Shown here piece by piece: positions 48,811 through 61,656 of a stretch of 64,000 bases of DNA. The DNA comes from Laetmonice hystrix (taxonomy: Eukaryota). The translations under genes were made by a program, and so were the position numbers. Location: positions 19,716,001 through 19,780,000 of the forward strand of contig OZ249448.1 in the NCBI GenBank assembly GCA_965235115.1. The letters are read 5' to 3'. Each line of letters starts with the position of its first letter. The first letter of the stretch is position 1. The notes under the pieces are model-generated. The model was not told the DNA's origin. It searched no databases and worked only from the letters and a program-made list of their open reading frames with translations.

Positions 48811-51742
48811 TCTACTTTCATGCAAAGGGCATGGGGAAACTTTAATTCTGTTTAACACACCGGGTAAGAGTCTCTATGGGTTATATCCCTACATTATATG
48901 AAAACTTTAACTTGGCTGGAAAAAATAATCAACATTATTTATATTTAAACCTTCCCCCCTCCATCTTGTCGAAATCTAAATTAGCATTTTTGTTGTTGTT
49001 TTCACATCACGAGCCTCTTCTCCCAAGAGACACATGCAATCCTAAAACACCCCTTTTCAAACTTCAGGATGCATTACCGACAAAAGGGCAATTTTCGAAT
49101 GAAAAACACAGGCCCCGAGAAACGTGGAAAACCTTGGATACACAAGGGTTTTCTCCTGAGTACAGAAAACTACCTCAATCCATCAATATCCCAGGCGAGA
49201 GAGAGTAAGCTCGGCCACAGAGAATTTTCCTTGGGTCTCGATCTTATCTCCCCTTTCCAAAAAACCCTCTTTCTCTAATACCGTATGGGCATTCGTCTGT
49301 AGGCATAGTTTCAAGGCTCCTGTCTCAGAATATGCCTGTCTGTGAGACCAACTCGTTAGGGTCCCACAATTCCTGGTGACAAACCATGGGACAGGATGTC
49401 CACTTTACACGCAGTGTTCTCCTGCTGGCGGCTTTCACGTAACTTGTAGAGAATGGTTTCTCTGTGTGGCTCCATCAATGAGGGGTTAAATGGTTGTGGA
49501 CGTGGAGACTGGACAATCGGCCAAGCACACCTCTCCACGTCCACCGGCATAGATGCCACGTGAGTCCATCCCGGGAAATCTTAGTCAAAATCCATCAAAC
49601 CACAATGATTGGCCTCTCACACTCATTAATTAAACGCTGATCTAACGAATCTCTCCACTCGTCACACCTTATCAACGTCCTCGAGTAGACAAAGATGACA
49701 TCACAGGCGCCATGGCGACCTATCGTTGGCGCTGTCTTCCGAGAAAGCTCTCAAAGTCTGGCGATTGTGCCGGGTTTTTACGAGCAATTCTCCAGTCATA
49801 CTGGGAGAAATAGTGGGAATTACGGCGCGAGGCTCAGCCCGATGGCCGGCAGTAGGCCTGCTCCACTGCTGCATGATGGCAACATTCTGGCAGTACCAGC
49901 ACAGAATGATTGGTCAATTATGCCCCAATGATGTCCGTGCTGCGCTTGTCACGCAGACATTGTCAAGACAAGGGAGGAACTTACTGAACACGTTACACGT
50001 TCACAAACAAAAAACAGCGTTACTTTCCATAACCATTTTGCATTTAAAATCTATCATCCTATAAAATTCAATATGAAATTATCATTTGACTTCTTGCATT
50101 TTGAATGGTAACGTATGGAGGTTAACGGCATCAACCGCCATATCATAACTTGCACAATAATAGGCCATTAACTGTGATAAATTTCCCTTTTCTACCAGAA
50201 CATGGTTCAACTACTTCTCGTTTGAAACACACTGATCTACATAACACTAACACCATCCCTGCTGTGAAGTAAAAAAGGAACTCTTTATTATATCACATTG
50301 GACTTCCTCACACTCTAGGAAGCGAGCGATGGTTAAAGTCTAGACGTTATATTCTGCCTCGGTTTTCAATGACAGCCAATGCCCAGGCCTCGTTCAACAA
50401 ACAATATGAACGTCGACCTTCCATGTCTCAATCATTTAAATGTGTTTTAGACAGTCTCACTTTTATACTATACTCAGTGCATTCCTTCATCTAATTTCAT
50501 TATTTTAAGTGATAAAGCTTTGAGAGGGTCCCTGTTCGCCAACCATAACTCAGGCATCACAATCTGAATGAACTTCATGCACCACGTTTACAATGTCAAA
50601 ATCAGTATCTGTGACTTAGAATATTGGCAATAATTTTCCCCAATTTCCCCATCATTTTCCCTGGCACTTGGTGCAGTCTGAAAATGCAGACCGGAATAAT
50701 ACTTTACAAAACATGCCTCTAGGAAACATGCCAACAGTAATGGGTAGTTGGTGGAATTGTCGCCTAGCAACCATTTCCACCTATCGTGTTCTATCACTGT
50801 GGGAGAATTAAGAAAACGGCATCATTCAATATAATACTAACATACAGTTGGAAACTCATTACCACAACTGGTCCCTGCAGCTAATTAATTAGAGACCGTC
50901 ACCAGAAACTACTTCAGTAATTAACTTTGATCAGCAATAGCAAAACCATTTCACTCCCCCAAAAAACGGATGCTGATCGAAAGGCGATGAATATAAAAAG
51001 AATCGTTTTACTTTGAAGGGATGCAGATGCCTTTCCCACCTCAGCCATATTGGAGAATTCTCCGGAGTACAGATGTTACGGTTGAACTCCCTCACACATT
51101 GAAACCGTTAAAATCTCTTGGTTTCATAAAGTGTTGCTGCACACGAGGGTGAAAAAGTCCTAATAACGCAACAAATTATGCATATTAGGAGGTGTAAGAC
51201 AGAACGGCATGTATGGGGACATGAAAACATTGATAGAGCACATTTATGATAGACTCTCAAACTTACTTGGTTCACTTTTACCGGTGCATACAAATCAGTC
51301 ACTGGTTAATATTGAAGTCATGACAACCGAGGCCCCAATGGAAGGACGTGGCGTGATAATATAACATCAGGAATAAACACACATTCAGACCTTGTTTATC
51401 GGATCGGTTTGGTGCCCTTTACGATATGTTTGGATTCGGTAGTTACTGCATGAATACACACATACTTTGGCAATTTTCAAAGGCAAGAACATCTCCCGAT
51501 ATGGCATTTGTTTATACAATATCTTAAAAAGCCAGCCTGCTTTGCTTGGTACTGGAAATGGCAGTGATGGGCGGTGGGGGACATTGAGCTCTGAGTGGAC
51601 ACAGGTGCTTGGTCCTGACGATCTGAGACCCATGAGGCCTACCAGGTCACCTGTTTGACCTCTCCATATACGACTGCTGTCCAAAAAAACCTATTACGAC
51701 TCGAATTAGATACCTAAATACGCATCTCAATACTACCGTCAA

Positions 51743-51983
51743 TTAAAGGCCCAGCCCAAATATATAACGTCGAAATTGCCCCCTACCAGTATGAATCAGC
51801 TTTAACGGTTCGCGCTGTTTCGAAATGTAAACTCTGTAGGCTGTAGAGTCTTATATCGGAGTCCTACTATTTCATTTCTCAGATAAGGGCTGGTGCATGA
51901 TCATCATATTTATATATCATATAGCTAAGGGTGAAAGGTATGTTATATTACGTCGTCGTTATCTATTCGGGCTGAACCTTTAA
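51743..51983. mobile_element. Kolobok-like MITE (241 bp) with TTAA ends
   Basis: TTAAAGGCCCAGCCCAAATATATAACGTCG vs the reverse complement of the right end TTAAAGGTTCAGCCCGAATAGATAACGACG: 25/30 identical; TTAA at both ends. Confidence 0.87.
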
Positions 51984-52419
51984 GTGTGTACCGTTTTATC
52001 TTCTAGGTTTGGCAATCGCATTGTTTCTATGAATGGGCGTCTGTGGTTAGGTTTTTATAATTCAGTCCCAGTGTAATGTATTTTCAAGAATAGTTGATGA
52101 CTTCGGTAATTATTTATGTTCACTCCCGCCCCCGTACCCAGCCCTGCCCCATGCACATAATATATTATAGTCGTGCAGATACGGCACCATCTGGAGGTGA
52201 AGTCAGTAATCCCCCTTTTTCATTTTTCTTTTTTGTTGCCAAAAGAACTGGCTTCGCCAACTAGCTTTAAGTCCTTTAATTCTGGGTCACTATAGGATCG
52301 AGATGCGGTGCTGCACTTCACTAATAAATTTCCTCGGTGAATGACTCCCTGTCCAGACTAAGAAACTAGTGGTAAGAAACTTGACCTGACAAATGTCCAG
52401 AGGCTACTTTGGGGCCAAT

Positions 52420-53070
52420 GCCACCGAGTGACTGGCTTGTAACAGTCGAGAAAGCTGACCTGGAGGACAACTTCAGAGTGTCTGCCCTGCCACTGTCTTT
52501 TCATATTACCTCTCTAATGGATACATTCTGGCATGGGATGGTATCAGGTCAAGTGCCAACTTGCGGGGAGTGTGACAATAAAACAGATTATGCTCATCCC
52601 TTTCTCCCCCTTTAAAGACTGGCCCGTCCCCGTAACCATGCCAACATGGCCCTAGCTCAAGCTACCCTGTCACTGGAACAAGTCTCAAGGCCAAGGCCTG
52701 CTGGCTGTGTTAGGTTTTACTGCCATAGAGGTCTCTTGTCCTTCACTGTAATTACCCATGATACACACCCTGCTCGAGCAATACTTGGCTGGCAGAGCCA
52801 TGCCAGGCCCACTTGGCGCACATTTCACTGGGGGAGGCTGGGGACTCATTATACAAATCTTATACATAAAAGATGGACCTCAGTTTGGCCTGTGGGTTAT
52901 CAGGGTGTCAGGATGCGGTCACAAAGGTAGGAAGGGCAGGATCGTGCCGAGGCATGGAGCGTGAGATAGGACAGGAATCTTCCCCCTTGTTAGAAAATGC
53001 CTGCGATGCACGTGTGTGGGCGGGGTAGGCATGCGCTAAGATCCATGACCACGTGGTCAGATGGCGTAAC
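52420..53070 (+). mobile_element. Decayed DIRS/Ngaro-like tyrosine recombinase
   Basis: Ordered motifs across frames: 'TCGEC' (cf. LRCGEF), 'HPARA' then 'YLAGRAMPGPL' (cf. CPVxA..YL..R..PGPLF), 'GHKGRKG' 34 aa after PGPL (about 33 in the recalled consensus), and a later 'VRWRN'. Confidence 0.5.
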
Positions 53071-53766
53071 ATGACTGACGACTCCCCTGTGAACTGATAC
53101 TCTGGATGCATCATTCCCGATATCGGTCTAACAAACGCCGCCACCTGGTCACTCAGTGGTCATCCCGCCGGAAGGGGCCTGCAAGGACACCGACTGTCCT
53201 ACCTTGTCATCAAGACCCCTGATTTATACCTTTGTTTATATCAGACCTTCCCTGACCATTCGTTACGGTCACAGAGTGTGGCTACGAGTCTGTCAGCCGG
53301 GTCATCTCACCTGGACGTCTGCAGTTGTTCCCTGAGTGCCCTGTCAACTTGAGGCGCCCTGATCAATGGAAGGCAGCGGTCAGGGAGGCTACCCCCTGCG
53401 CATCCAAATCCAAACTTGCATTATCATCCCATACTTTACAGCAGTAAGACACATGCAGACCTATTTCTGCCCTCCCCTGGGATCTTTCCTGGAGCCGGCG
53501 GCTGTAGGCAGTACCGTTCTAGCCGCAGTCCACTGAAGTCACCCACTGCCGGGCCCAGTCCAGGGTCTCAGGGTGTCTCCACTGATCCATCCATCACCAC
53601 CCCTATTGACAGAATCAATGACTCCAGTAATAGCAAAAGTGACCACTTGGGGTCGCTGTGGGACTGTCATAACCGGACCTTCTTTTGTGTCTGCCCAGGC
53701 ATTCTACAGCTTCTAGCTTCTTTCTGAAATTACGGCTGCCTGTCTGAAACAGTCTTACAAACTTAC

Positions 53767-53856
53767 GTTCAAAATACAGATAATAATATCTATGTCCGCT
53801 GAGCTCAGATATAACGTTTGTCTCCACTATATCTTCACCCTTTACCCATGCCATAT
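53767..53856 (-). CDS. Candidate orphan internal coding exon (90 nt, phase 1-1): MAWVKGEDIVETNVISELSGHRYYYLYFE
   Basis: Strong acceptor TTTTTTGCAG and donor AAC|GTAAGT; length divisible by 3 and open. No partner exon or family recognised. Confidence 0.38.
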
Positions 53857-55479
53857 CTGCAAAAAACGTAACCTACATCCTATGAATTACTCTTCCCCAT
53901 TGCTTTTTGAGTCAATTTTGGCATGTTATGGCCTCTCTCTTCACATTAAATAACAAAAGAAATGTCAAGATAATATCATTTCCTTCCAAACAAAGCCCTC
54001 AAACACCACGAAGCTCTCGCAATATCACTTAAAATACATGCACGTTCTGCTTTCAACTTTACAAAACGGAGGTTTATCTTGAACACTCTGTAAATGAGGG
54101 CCATAGACCATAGTACGTACAACTTTTACTGCTTCTCGTTCTGAATCCAAAGACATATTTTAAACTAATACTCTCGTATAATCATAGAAAATGTTCAATC
54201 TCTCTCCCAAAATTAATATTTAACGTGATAATTATTCTTCGTTCAACTGCATAAATGTCAGCTGTACTTTACTCAATTTCTATGTCAGCATAACTTTATA
54301 ATTAGATCAGATCACACGAATTTTCTTTCCCTTCCTTGCTTAAGGGCTTATCCCTACATTTTGAAGCACTCTCTAGTTTTATAATTGTACCACTTAAGGC
54401 GGGACACCTCCATTCATAGGCGCTCTTGGCACATCCCGTCAGCTCAATAAGTGTCATGCACATTAATGTAGCCCCCATACGGTGCCAATGCGAAGTGTCG
54501 CTCGATATGAGTTATGACGATGGCGCTCACTATGTGGCGCTAGCCTACAATGATGGCATGTCGTTCGGCTGGCAGCAAGTGCCAATAAATATGAGATATG
54601 ACCAGCATCCCGCCAATGGAATCACTTTCTCATACCTGTGTGCTGTCCCATGATGGGGCTGGACTAATGTTATGATTGTTAATCACACAGCCCAGCTGGT
54701 CACTGGGACACTGCGGCTCCCTACCGGTCAGTCTCGGGTTGGTCTCTGGGACCGCCCAGGAGTTTGTGAAGGATCTGGACGCTAGTACAGTTGTTACAAA
54801 CTGTTAGAGGTAATGTGGTTCTCATTACAGAGAACTTCATACAGGGCAGAGTCTGAATGGAAGCTGCTCATGAACACCTTGGGGATCACGAGTCAGACCG
54901 AGGACCTACGAGGGTCTTGATGTCGACTCGTAAGGTCTTGGTGGAGTTGTCACGGTCTGTGTTTGGACTACGAATGAGGGTCTGTGTGGATTTGCAAGGG
55001 TCAATGTGGGGATTTGTCAATGTCCACGAGTGGGGGTCTGTATAAAGTACTTTTGGTCAGGAGGGGCATTGACATGACAGAGTCTGAGAAGGAAGTACGT
55101 GTAATAAGGGCCTGTGGGGACTTGGGCGTGGGCTGGAGAGGGCATGGCCATGTGTTCAGGCCGAATCGGCGCAGATTTTGCCGAGGTATAGCACACCACA
55201 ACCATTGCCAGGCCACCAGAGACGATTCTCACACTGGGGCAATACGACAGAACATCTCTTCATCCTGATATGCGATCACGATACGTGGCATGATTACATG
55301 CCACATTCAGCCTTGCTTGATTAGATCTAAAACAATTCACAATTTTCTTGTCACTGCCTGATAAGCCTGACTGCTGTAATGGTATGGCGTTATCAGCCAC
55401 AACATCTTGGGGAACTGCGGCGGCCAGTTGAGTTTCACGAGGAGAAAAATCCAAATGTTAGTGGCAGTTCAATTTATTA

Positions 55480-55930
55480 TCATCTGTAGATGTTTTGAAG
55501 CCGCCGTGTTGGTCTGACACTATTGGTGAAAGCATGTCCATTTCTGTTGCAGGCAGTCTGCATGTAACGTTCAAGGGTGAGGGCGCCAAGGAGGGATCCA
55601 TGTAGCTCCAACAGAAAGGCAGTGACTGCTACGTTGTCCAGTTCTGCCTCATCCATTATCAGTTGGTCAGTCCGCGGTCAAGCCACACCTCATTCATCCA
55701 CTTATCACAAGCATCCATGGCGAACACTGGGAATCGTGTGACTCGCAGTGTCTTACCGCTGTCACGTTGCGCACACTCCCACCCACCATTTATCAGCAGC
55801 TGATGCGGGACTGATCCATCATGCGACGACGACATACGACGACTTGATGTGGACGCCGCATCACTCTAAGCACGGCTGGGGGTTGATCATGGCACCGTGG
55901 CCAAGGTGTGCGAGTTGTCCCAACATAGCA
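55480..55930 (-). mobile_element. Possible decayed Gypsy integrase remnant
   Basis: Ordered minus-strand motifs 'LAHLGHG' and 'KWWVG' (zinc-binding region), 'MDACDKWMNEV' (cf. VDAYSKWPEV) and 'IVSDQHGGF' (cf. IVSDNGPQF). Stops present; D-to-D spacing too long. Confidence 0.35.
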
Positions 55931-56169
55931 CTAGAACTCACACCACCGGCGATCCATGAGACAGAGGACAGGATAGCCCGCTGTCAGATACCGTAGCCCA
56001 TAAAACTACCCCTGTCGATATGACCACTAAAATAACCTCATGATCCTTATGTTAAAATGTTCAAATGCCCTTACCCCTCCTCGGTGAACAACACTCGCCT
56101 ATAATCATTCACAGGACTACCAGCGTCAGGCTTAACCTTGAAATAACTACGATCGTGAATCTCTATCAC

Positions 56170-56570
56170 TTGTAATCCTTCACATGATAACTTCAAGTCG
56201 CTACCACATAAACATTCCCCAGGATGTACCATAATATCTCGATGACATACTCTTTTCTCGAATAACACTTTTCTTGACGCAGATTTAATGAATGCACCGT
56301 TAACAGACCTGTTTGCTTACTTTTATAGACCGACCAGAATAGAAGGTGCCATCAGATTATATCATTCATAATCGGCCATCGGCAATTTGACTAAATCATA
56401 TTCGGAACCGAAAGGAGTTTGGAGGCCAGAGGACTGGTCATGCCAAGACCATTAAACTGGACCAAAGACCAACCAAGTTCAACCTCTCTGACAAAGTTAT
56501 CCCCACCCTTCAATACAGACCCCTTTGTGGACTCAAGAGATAACCTCTCGCTGCCCCAACCCTTCTCCAA
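56170..56570 (+). mobile_element. Possible decayed Gypsy RT remnant
   Basis: 'YLDDILFS' near 56235 and downstream 'LNWTKDQ'; spacing shorter than canonical, many stops. Confidence 0.33.
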
Positions 56571-59500
56571 AACCTCACACCCGATATAATCTACTATCTT
56601 TCTGCACAAGTCCCCCATACCTTTTTGACACTATGTGAAGTAATGTCCTTTCAACCAATCAACTGAGGTCTTGCAGGCTGCAACTCTCAACCAATCAGCC
56701 TTGCTGTTTTCACTGATAAGTAAGTTCCATTGACCTGCAGTTGGCCTCTCGAATAGTGAGGGGCGCCTCTGGTTGAATCTGACATGAGAGATTATGAAGG
56801 TCATGGCCTGTAATCCAAGCAGGACCACTGCTTGAAGTGCAACGCTTTCAACATGGAGGGAAGTTGCTCCTTCACCTGGCCTTTCCAAATAACTCCAGAA
56901 ACACGCACAGAACCATAAGGAGGGAAAATCAGTGGGGTACTTGGAAAACTGCAAACTCTCCAGTCTTCAGTGAGACGTTATATTTGACGGTAAAAAATCC
57001 AGAAGATTAAGAACAAAAAACCTCTTTGAGAGCTGCCTTTCATGACGTTGCGAGTAAATGAAGGCTAGTGGAATAAAAATTGTTTTGCACTAAGACATTG
57101 ACCGAGTCAGCAATGGAGAATAACAAGGTTGAATTCCAATATTCCAGAAGCATCTTCTTTAATTCTGCCTGAATAACAAGCAGTGTCTTCCGGAAGGCAG
57201 GCTCATTACCCAACGACCATTGCCTCTCTAATGGATAATTCTGGATTCTGACATTTGGCCCTAGTAAATCAGGTACTCACGGGGCAGGGGGCTTTGGAAG
57301 CCAAGCATTCACACAACACACATTTTATTGACTACTGTAACACTTGTAGTCTCTTATCAATTTACAGTTCGGAAAAAACAGAAAATGGCATAATACTTCT
57401 CAAGTGGAGGACCAATTTAGAGATCTTTTGATCTGTCGATATCTCCCTGTGAGAATTCCTATCGCAAAAAGAAATGAATTACAAGTTTTTGTAATCAGCT
57501 TTGGGGCCTCCAGCCCTGACTAAAGTTGGTATTTTACCCGGACAGTTATTTCGATAAGAAGGTCTGCCGAAACGGTTGCTTAAACTAGTAACTAGAATCA
57601 ACCATAAATATCTGCGTGACTGTGGAATTATTTCGCGGATCAATGTTAACAGCAGCCAACTCTTGTTAAGGCTTAGGACAAACAGAACCATAGTGGGTGC
57701 CTATTTTCTACTTCAGTCATTTTTGCACTACGAGTCCTTTGGTTCGTTGACCGACAGCCTTGTGATAAAGTTAAACCCGCAGCCGTGAAATTGTAATAAA
57801 ATAACAGAACTTTGCCGTGTTAAAATCTAGCAGCGGGCCAGGACAAGGTCATACTGAATATATACCGAGTATAATATATATTGACCGAGTGCAAAACATT
57901 CATTCTCCAAAAAAAAAAACACCTGACGAAGAGCAGCCATTCAGTATCGTAACTCTCACACTCCGTTTAATACCTAACAGAGCTATGACAATTTCTATAT
58001 TTCTAGCGTACCTCTGGCCGATAGTTGCCCGAGCCTAGCCTGATCGATATAGATCTTGTGATACCATTTCTGAGGACTGTGATGTCAGAAAGAAGATAGG
58101 TTCTTTGTTAGGAATTTAAGTGATGAGAGTAATTAGAAACGTCATGTTGGATATAAGATGCATCTTATTTATCATGAATGTCACTATCTGATATCTGTTA
58201 TCTTCTTGAAGATAACACTGCAAGGAGATATTGATATAATTATTCTCCTCTTCTAATTGACGAGCCCTTCTTGAGGTAAATAATTATCTCATGAGGAGTG
58301 CGTTTCCTTAATACCAACATAAATTACTATTGATTGATACCACTCTTCGGAGTGGAACTTGGAGGGTAGTATTTTCAGAAGACATCCATGGACCTGCGGC
58401 CTTCTATGATGGACTATATTCATCCATCACGTGTCACCGATGCATGCATGTGAATCCTTGATCTCCATCTTTCTTTTCCCAGATCCAAGCGGCACTCTCA
58501 AACTTCTCCACCAATGATGTATTTCCGAAGGTCGCGCGAGGCCAGAGTATTGCCGAGGCGATACAAGTCACATGCCCGCCTCGAGGCAGATCTGGAGGAT
58601 GCTCGCCTGCGATTGGAGCCTTGAGCTAGTAGATATACTGCCCCGTGGATTGCTTCAAAAGATGTCGCTTCAATCAGTCACCTAGATTTCAGTGTCTCGT
58701 TGGTCAGAGGGTTGGTGTGTTCATGGCTGGGCCAAACGGGCCCATTCATCTCTAGGTGTCCCGCTCCGCCGGCACGGCTCACTGCCACACCAACGTAATT
58801 GCTACAGAAGCTAATTCAGTCTTGATGAAGGCTCGAGACAAATGAACATCAAAAAGTTTGGTACGCAAGCTGATGAGATCCTAGGGTCGTGGGAAGAGGA
58901 TCTCATTGATGCTGACAAGGTTGAATAACGAGACATGTCCAAAGCATAACTCACAAAACCAAGTAACCTAAATCAATGCCTAATATTATTGGTATTCAAT
59001 TTAACCATTAGCGAGAAAGCATTTTGTAAAATAAGTTGGGTTAATTTGAGATTCTTGCCATATATCTCCACCATTTAGAATTCTATTTAGCCATTCATGT
59101 GTACTGATCGAAAACCAAAAGTTATGTCATGGGCGCGGTACAAACCAATTAAGATACTTGTGCATTCAGTACCTTACATCAATGCCTCTATTAGGTTAAG
59201 CCATAGATGTGTACACATCTATGGTTAAGCCTATACTTAAGGAAGAATATAATATTATTCCATGATACGACTCCTTGCCCAATAAACACAGCCAGTCGAG
59301 CCATCTGCAGCATTAGTATATCACATTATTTTTGGGGTATGTTCCCTGTTCTTCTCCTGCCATGCGTCTGTTTATATAACTATGAGACTATCAGAGGAAT
59401 AGACCCTGATCCAACGTTAGCTGGATGCCTAGACTTCCCACCTGTGACCTGTTACCTTTCCTTCCAACAGAGTAGTATCATTCGCACTGAGAAATATTAT

Positions 59501-60279
59501 GAAATACCAAGGAATATCATTTTGATTGTATATGTACTCAACTAAATACCGCCCACTTCTCAAACAAACCTCCTTTGAGACAACCATTCAATCATCAACA
59601 AGGACCGAAACCAAAAATGTTCGACGTTCAATGTATGCAAACACAGCAGCCGCCAACTGGTGGGCAGGAATCTTGTCAGATGTTAACTGATGGCATCTGT
59701 AAAACAGATGCAGCCCACAGTGCGCAGCCTCACGCTCGAAACAGAATCTGCCGATCATCTGATAACTCAAAGAACTGCTTTATCGGGTTCTTATCATTGC
59801 TCAGTTTGATGAAGGGAAGAATGGGGGCAGTGGAACCTGGTAAGCATCCGTACTCAGCTGTCGGCGCACTTCTTCTGGAAGAAGAGGACTTTGTTTTCGC
59901 TCATTTCTAACAGTCACAGTCCATCTCTCTCACCGACACAGGCATCACTTCCGATGCCACTGTTATGTCACCATAGAGCTATACGCCCCCCCCCCCCAAA
60001 AAAAAACTTATCTTTTGAGTTAAATATTAAATTCTAGGAATAATAAGGTATAACCAAGGAAGTGATACATCAGATACAGAGGGCGCCGTCTACAGACTGA
60101 ATACGGCACTAACGAATCAGTCAATGAGAAAAGTCCTGAAAGAATAGACATAGGTCTTTTCAGGGGTCTGACTCTGAGGCCAGCGGATTCGGAACAGAGA
60201 GAGAAATAAGGGAGGAGTTAGCGAACCTCCGGAAGGATAATTGGGGCTGAGAACCATCACGATCACAGCTGCGTCTGAA

Positions 60280-60600
60280 ACTGACATTAAGTCCCCACCG
60301 AGGCGCCCCCTACTGGGGTCTACTCGTGCGGCTCAGGTGGTAGGGCTGAATGCAGCCAGGGCTGCCAGCTGTAGAGTCCTCTCCTGGCATTTAAGTGAAA
60401 GTTGGGGCGCAGGCTGTCAGAACTCTGGACGGGAGGGCCTTGTGCAACCAAGGACGGGGGCACAGGCATCAGAGGTGAATTGTCCTGTAAGAGCTTTGAT
60501 CATTGCGAGTTTACCTTATCATTGTCTCTCATTATCTCGATGTCAACCATGTGTGTTTGATTGATATCCATTCCCTGTGGCCAGAATCCTGGAACATGAG
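60280..60600 (+). mobile_element. Possible decayed tyrosine recombinase (DIRS/Ngaro-like)
   Basis: ORF 60241-60564 has 'STRAAQVVGL' about 53 aa before 'NCPVRAL', matching the R..E..AL to CPVRAL spacing. Confidence 0.4.
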
Positions 60601-61478
60601 TCAGGTGAAACAATTCCAAATGAAATACTCTTCCAGATTACTGTTTGGCTATAAATCAGTATAATGCATAATTTTCATTTTATTACGTTATGATTCATAG
60701 ATAATTTATACACACAAACAAGAAAAGACACAGTAAAGGTCGCTCTAGTCGTCGAATTGCATTCGATAATTAGGAAATTTGGCTCTCTCCCATGTGAAAT
60801 CGACGCACACAAAGGTTAGAGGAACTTTACTGATGCAATGATCTACAATTAAATAACGAATTCATACCGTAATGAAAAAGGTCCGGAAATGCTAATAACA
60901 ATAACTTCACCGGATCCCATACGGAATGTTAGAAAGTTTCGGTCTTTTAACCAAAGAGAAGGTAAAATGGTTTGTGACCTTGGGGCGCTCTAAATGTAAG
61001 AAGCTGAGCATATCTGTACAGCTACATCATCAAGTGCACTGTGTGATCTCACCTTTGACCATTTACCCTCCTTGGTTGAAGTTGTCTCGCAAAGAAAATG
61101 CTGGGAAATTAGGGAAATTAGCTCATCCAGTCGCCAGCTGATACAATTAGGATGCTCAGTCTGTCGCCAGTTTGATCCTTGAGCTGAAGTGTAAAGGTCG
61201 GGTTGGTATTGTGTCGACCTTCTGTCAACTTAAAAGATGTGCGCCCATGAGGAAATGATTTCACCACCACAGAGGCGTCTGTGTCAGTAATGACATTCTG
61301 ATCTCACAGAGATTCCGCGGAGACAGACGGGAAGCTTGGGGGGGGGGACATCATGAAGGCTTTAGTAGAGTAGTAGAGAGCTCGAAGTTTTACCTTTCAT
61401 AAGCTTCCTTGCTATTCCTTAGTTGTTACAAAACAGCAAGTCAGTAATACGCGTGTATATGTCTAGCGATACGCTCTG

Positions 61479-61656
61479 CAGGGGTTCCTGCAGGTCCGTT
61501 GAGGGGGCCCTTCAGTTACCCCCCCCCCCCCAAAAAAAAAAAGTTTTGACTTTATTTTTTCAAAATGGTCATCCCTAGGTTACTCATCTCCCCCCCCCAA
61601 GTGCTTCAACCCCTGCCCGCCCCCGCCCAAAAGGTGAAATCCTCCAAGAAACCCTG
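61479..61656. mobile_element. Possible hAT-type MITE with a C-run/A-run core
   Basis: CAGGGGTTCCTG vs the reverse complement of the right end CAGGGTTTCTTG (10/12). No 8-bp TSD. Confidence 0.4.

Noticed and set aside
54426-54653. Asp-box-like 'SYDDGAHY' and 'AYNDGMSF'
   Set aside because: The conserved Trp is missing and there is no splice context or additional repeat.
52509-57237. Shared 15-mer CCTCTCTAATGGATA at 52509 and 57223
   Set aside because: A few shared 15-mers are expected by chance in 64 kb, and the match extends only a few bases.
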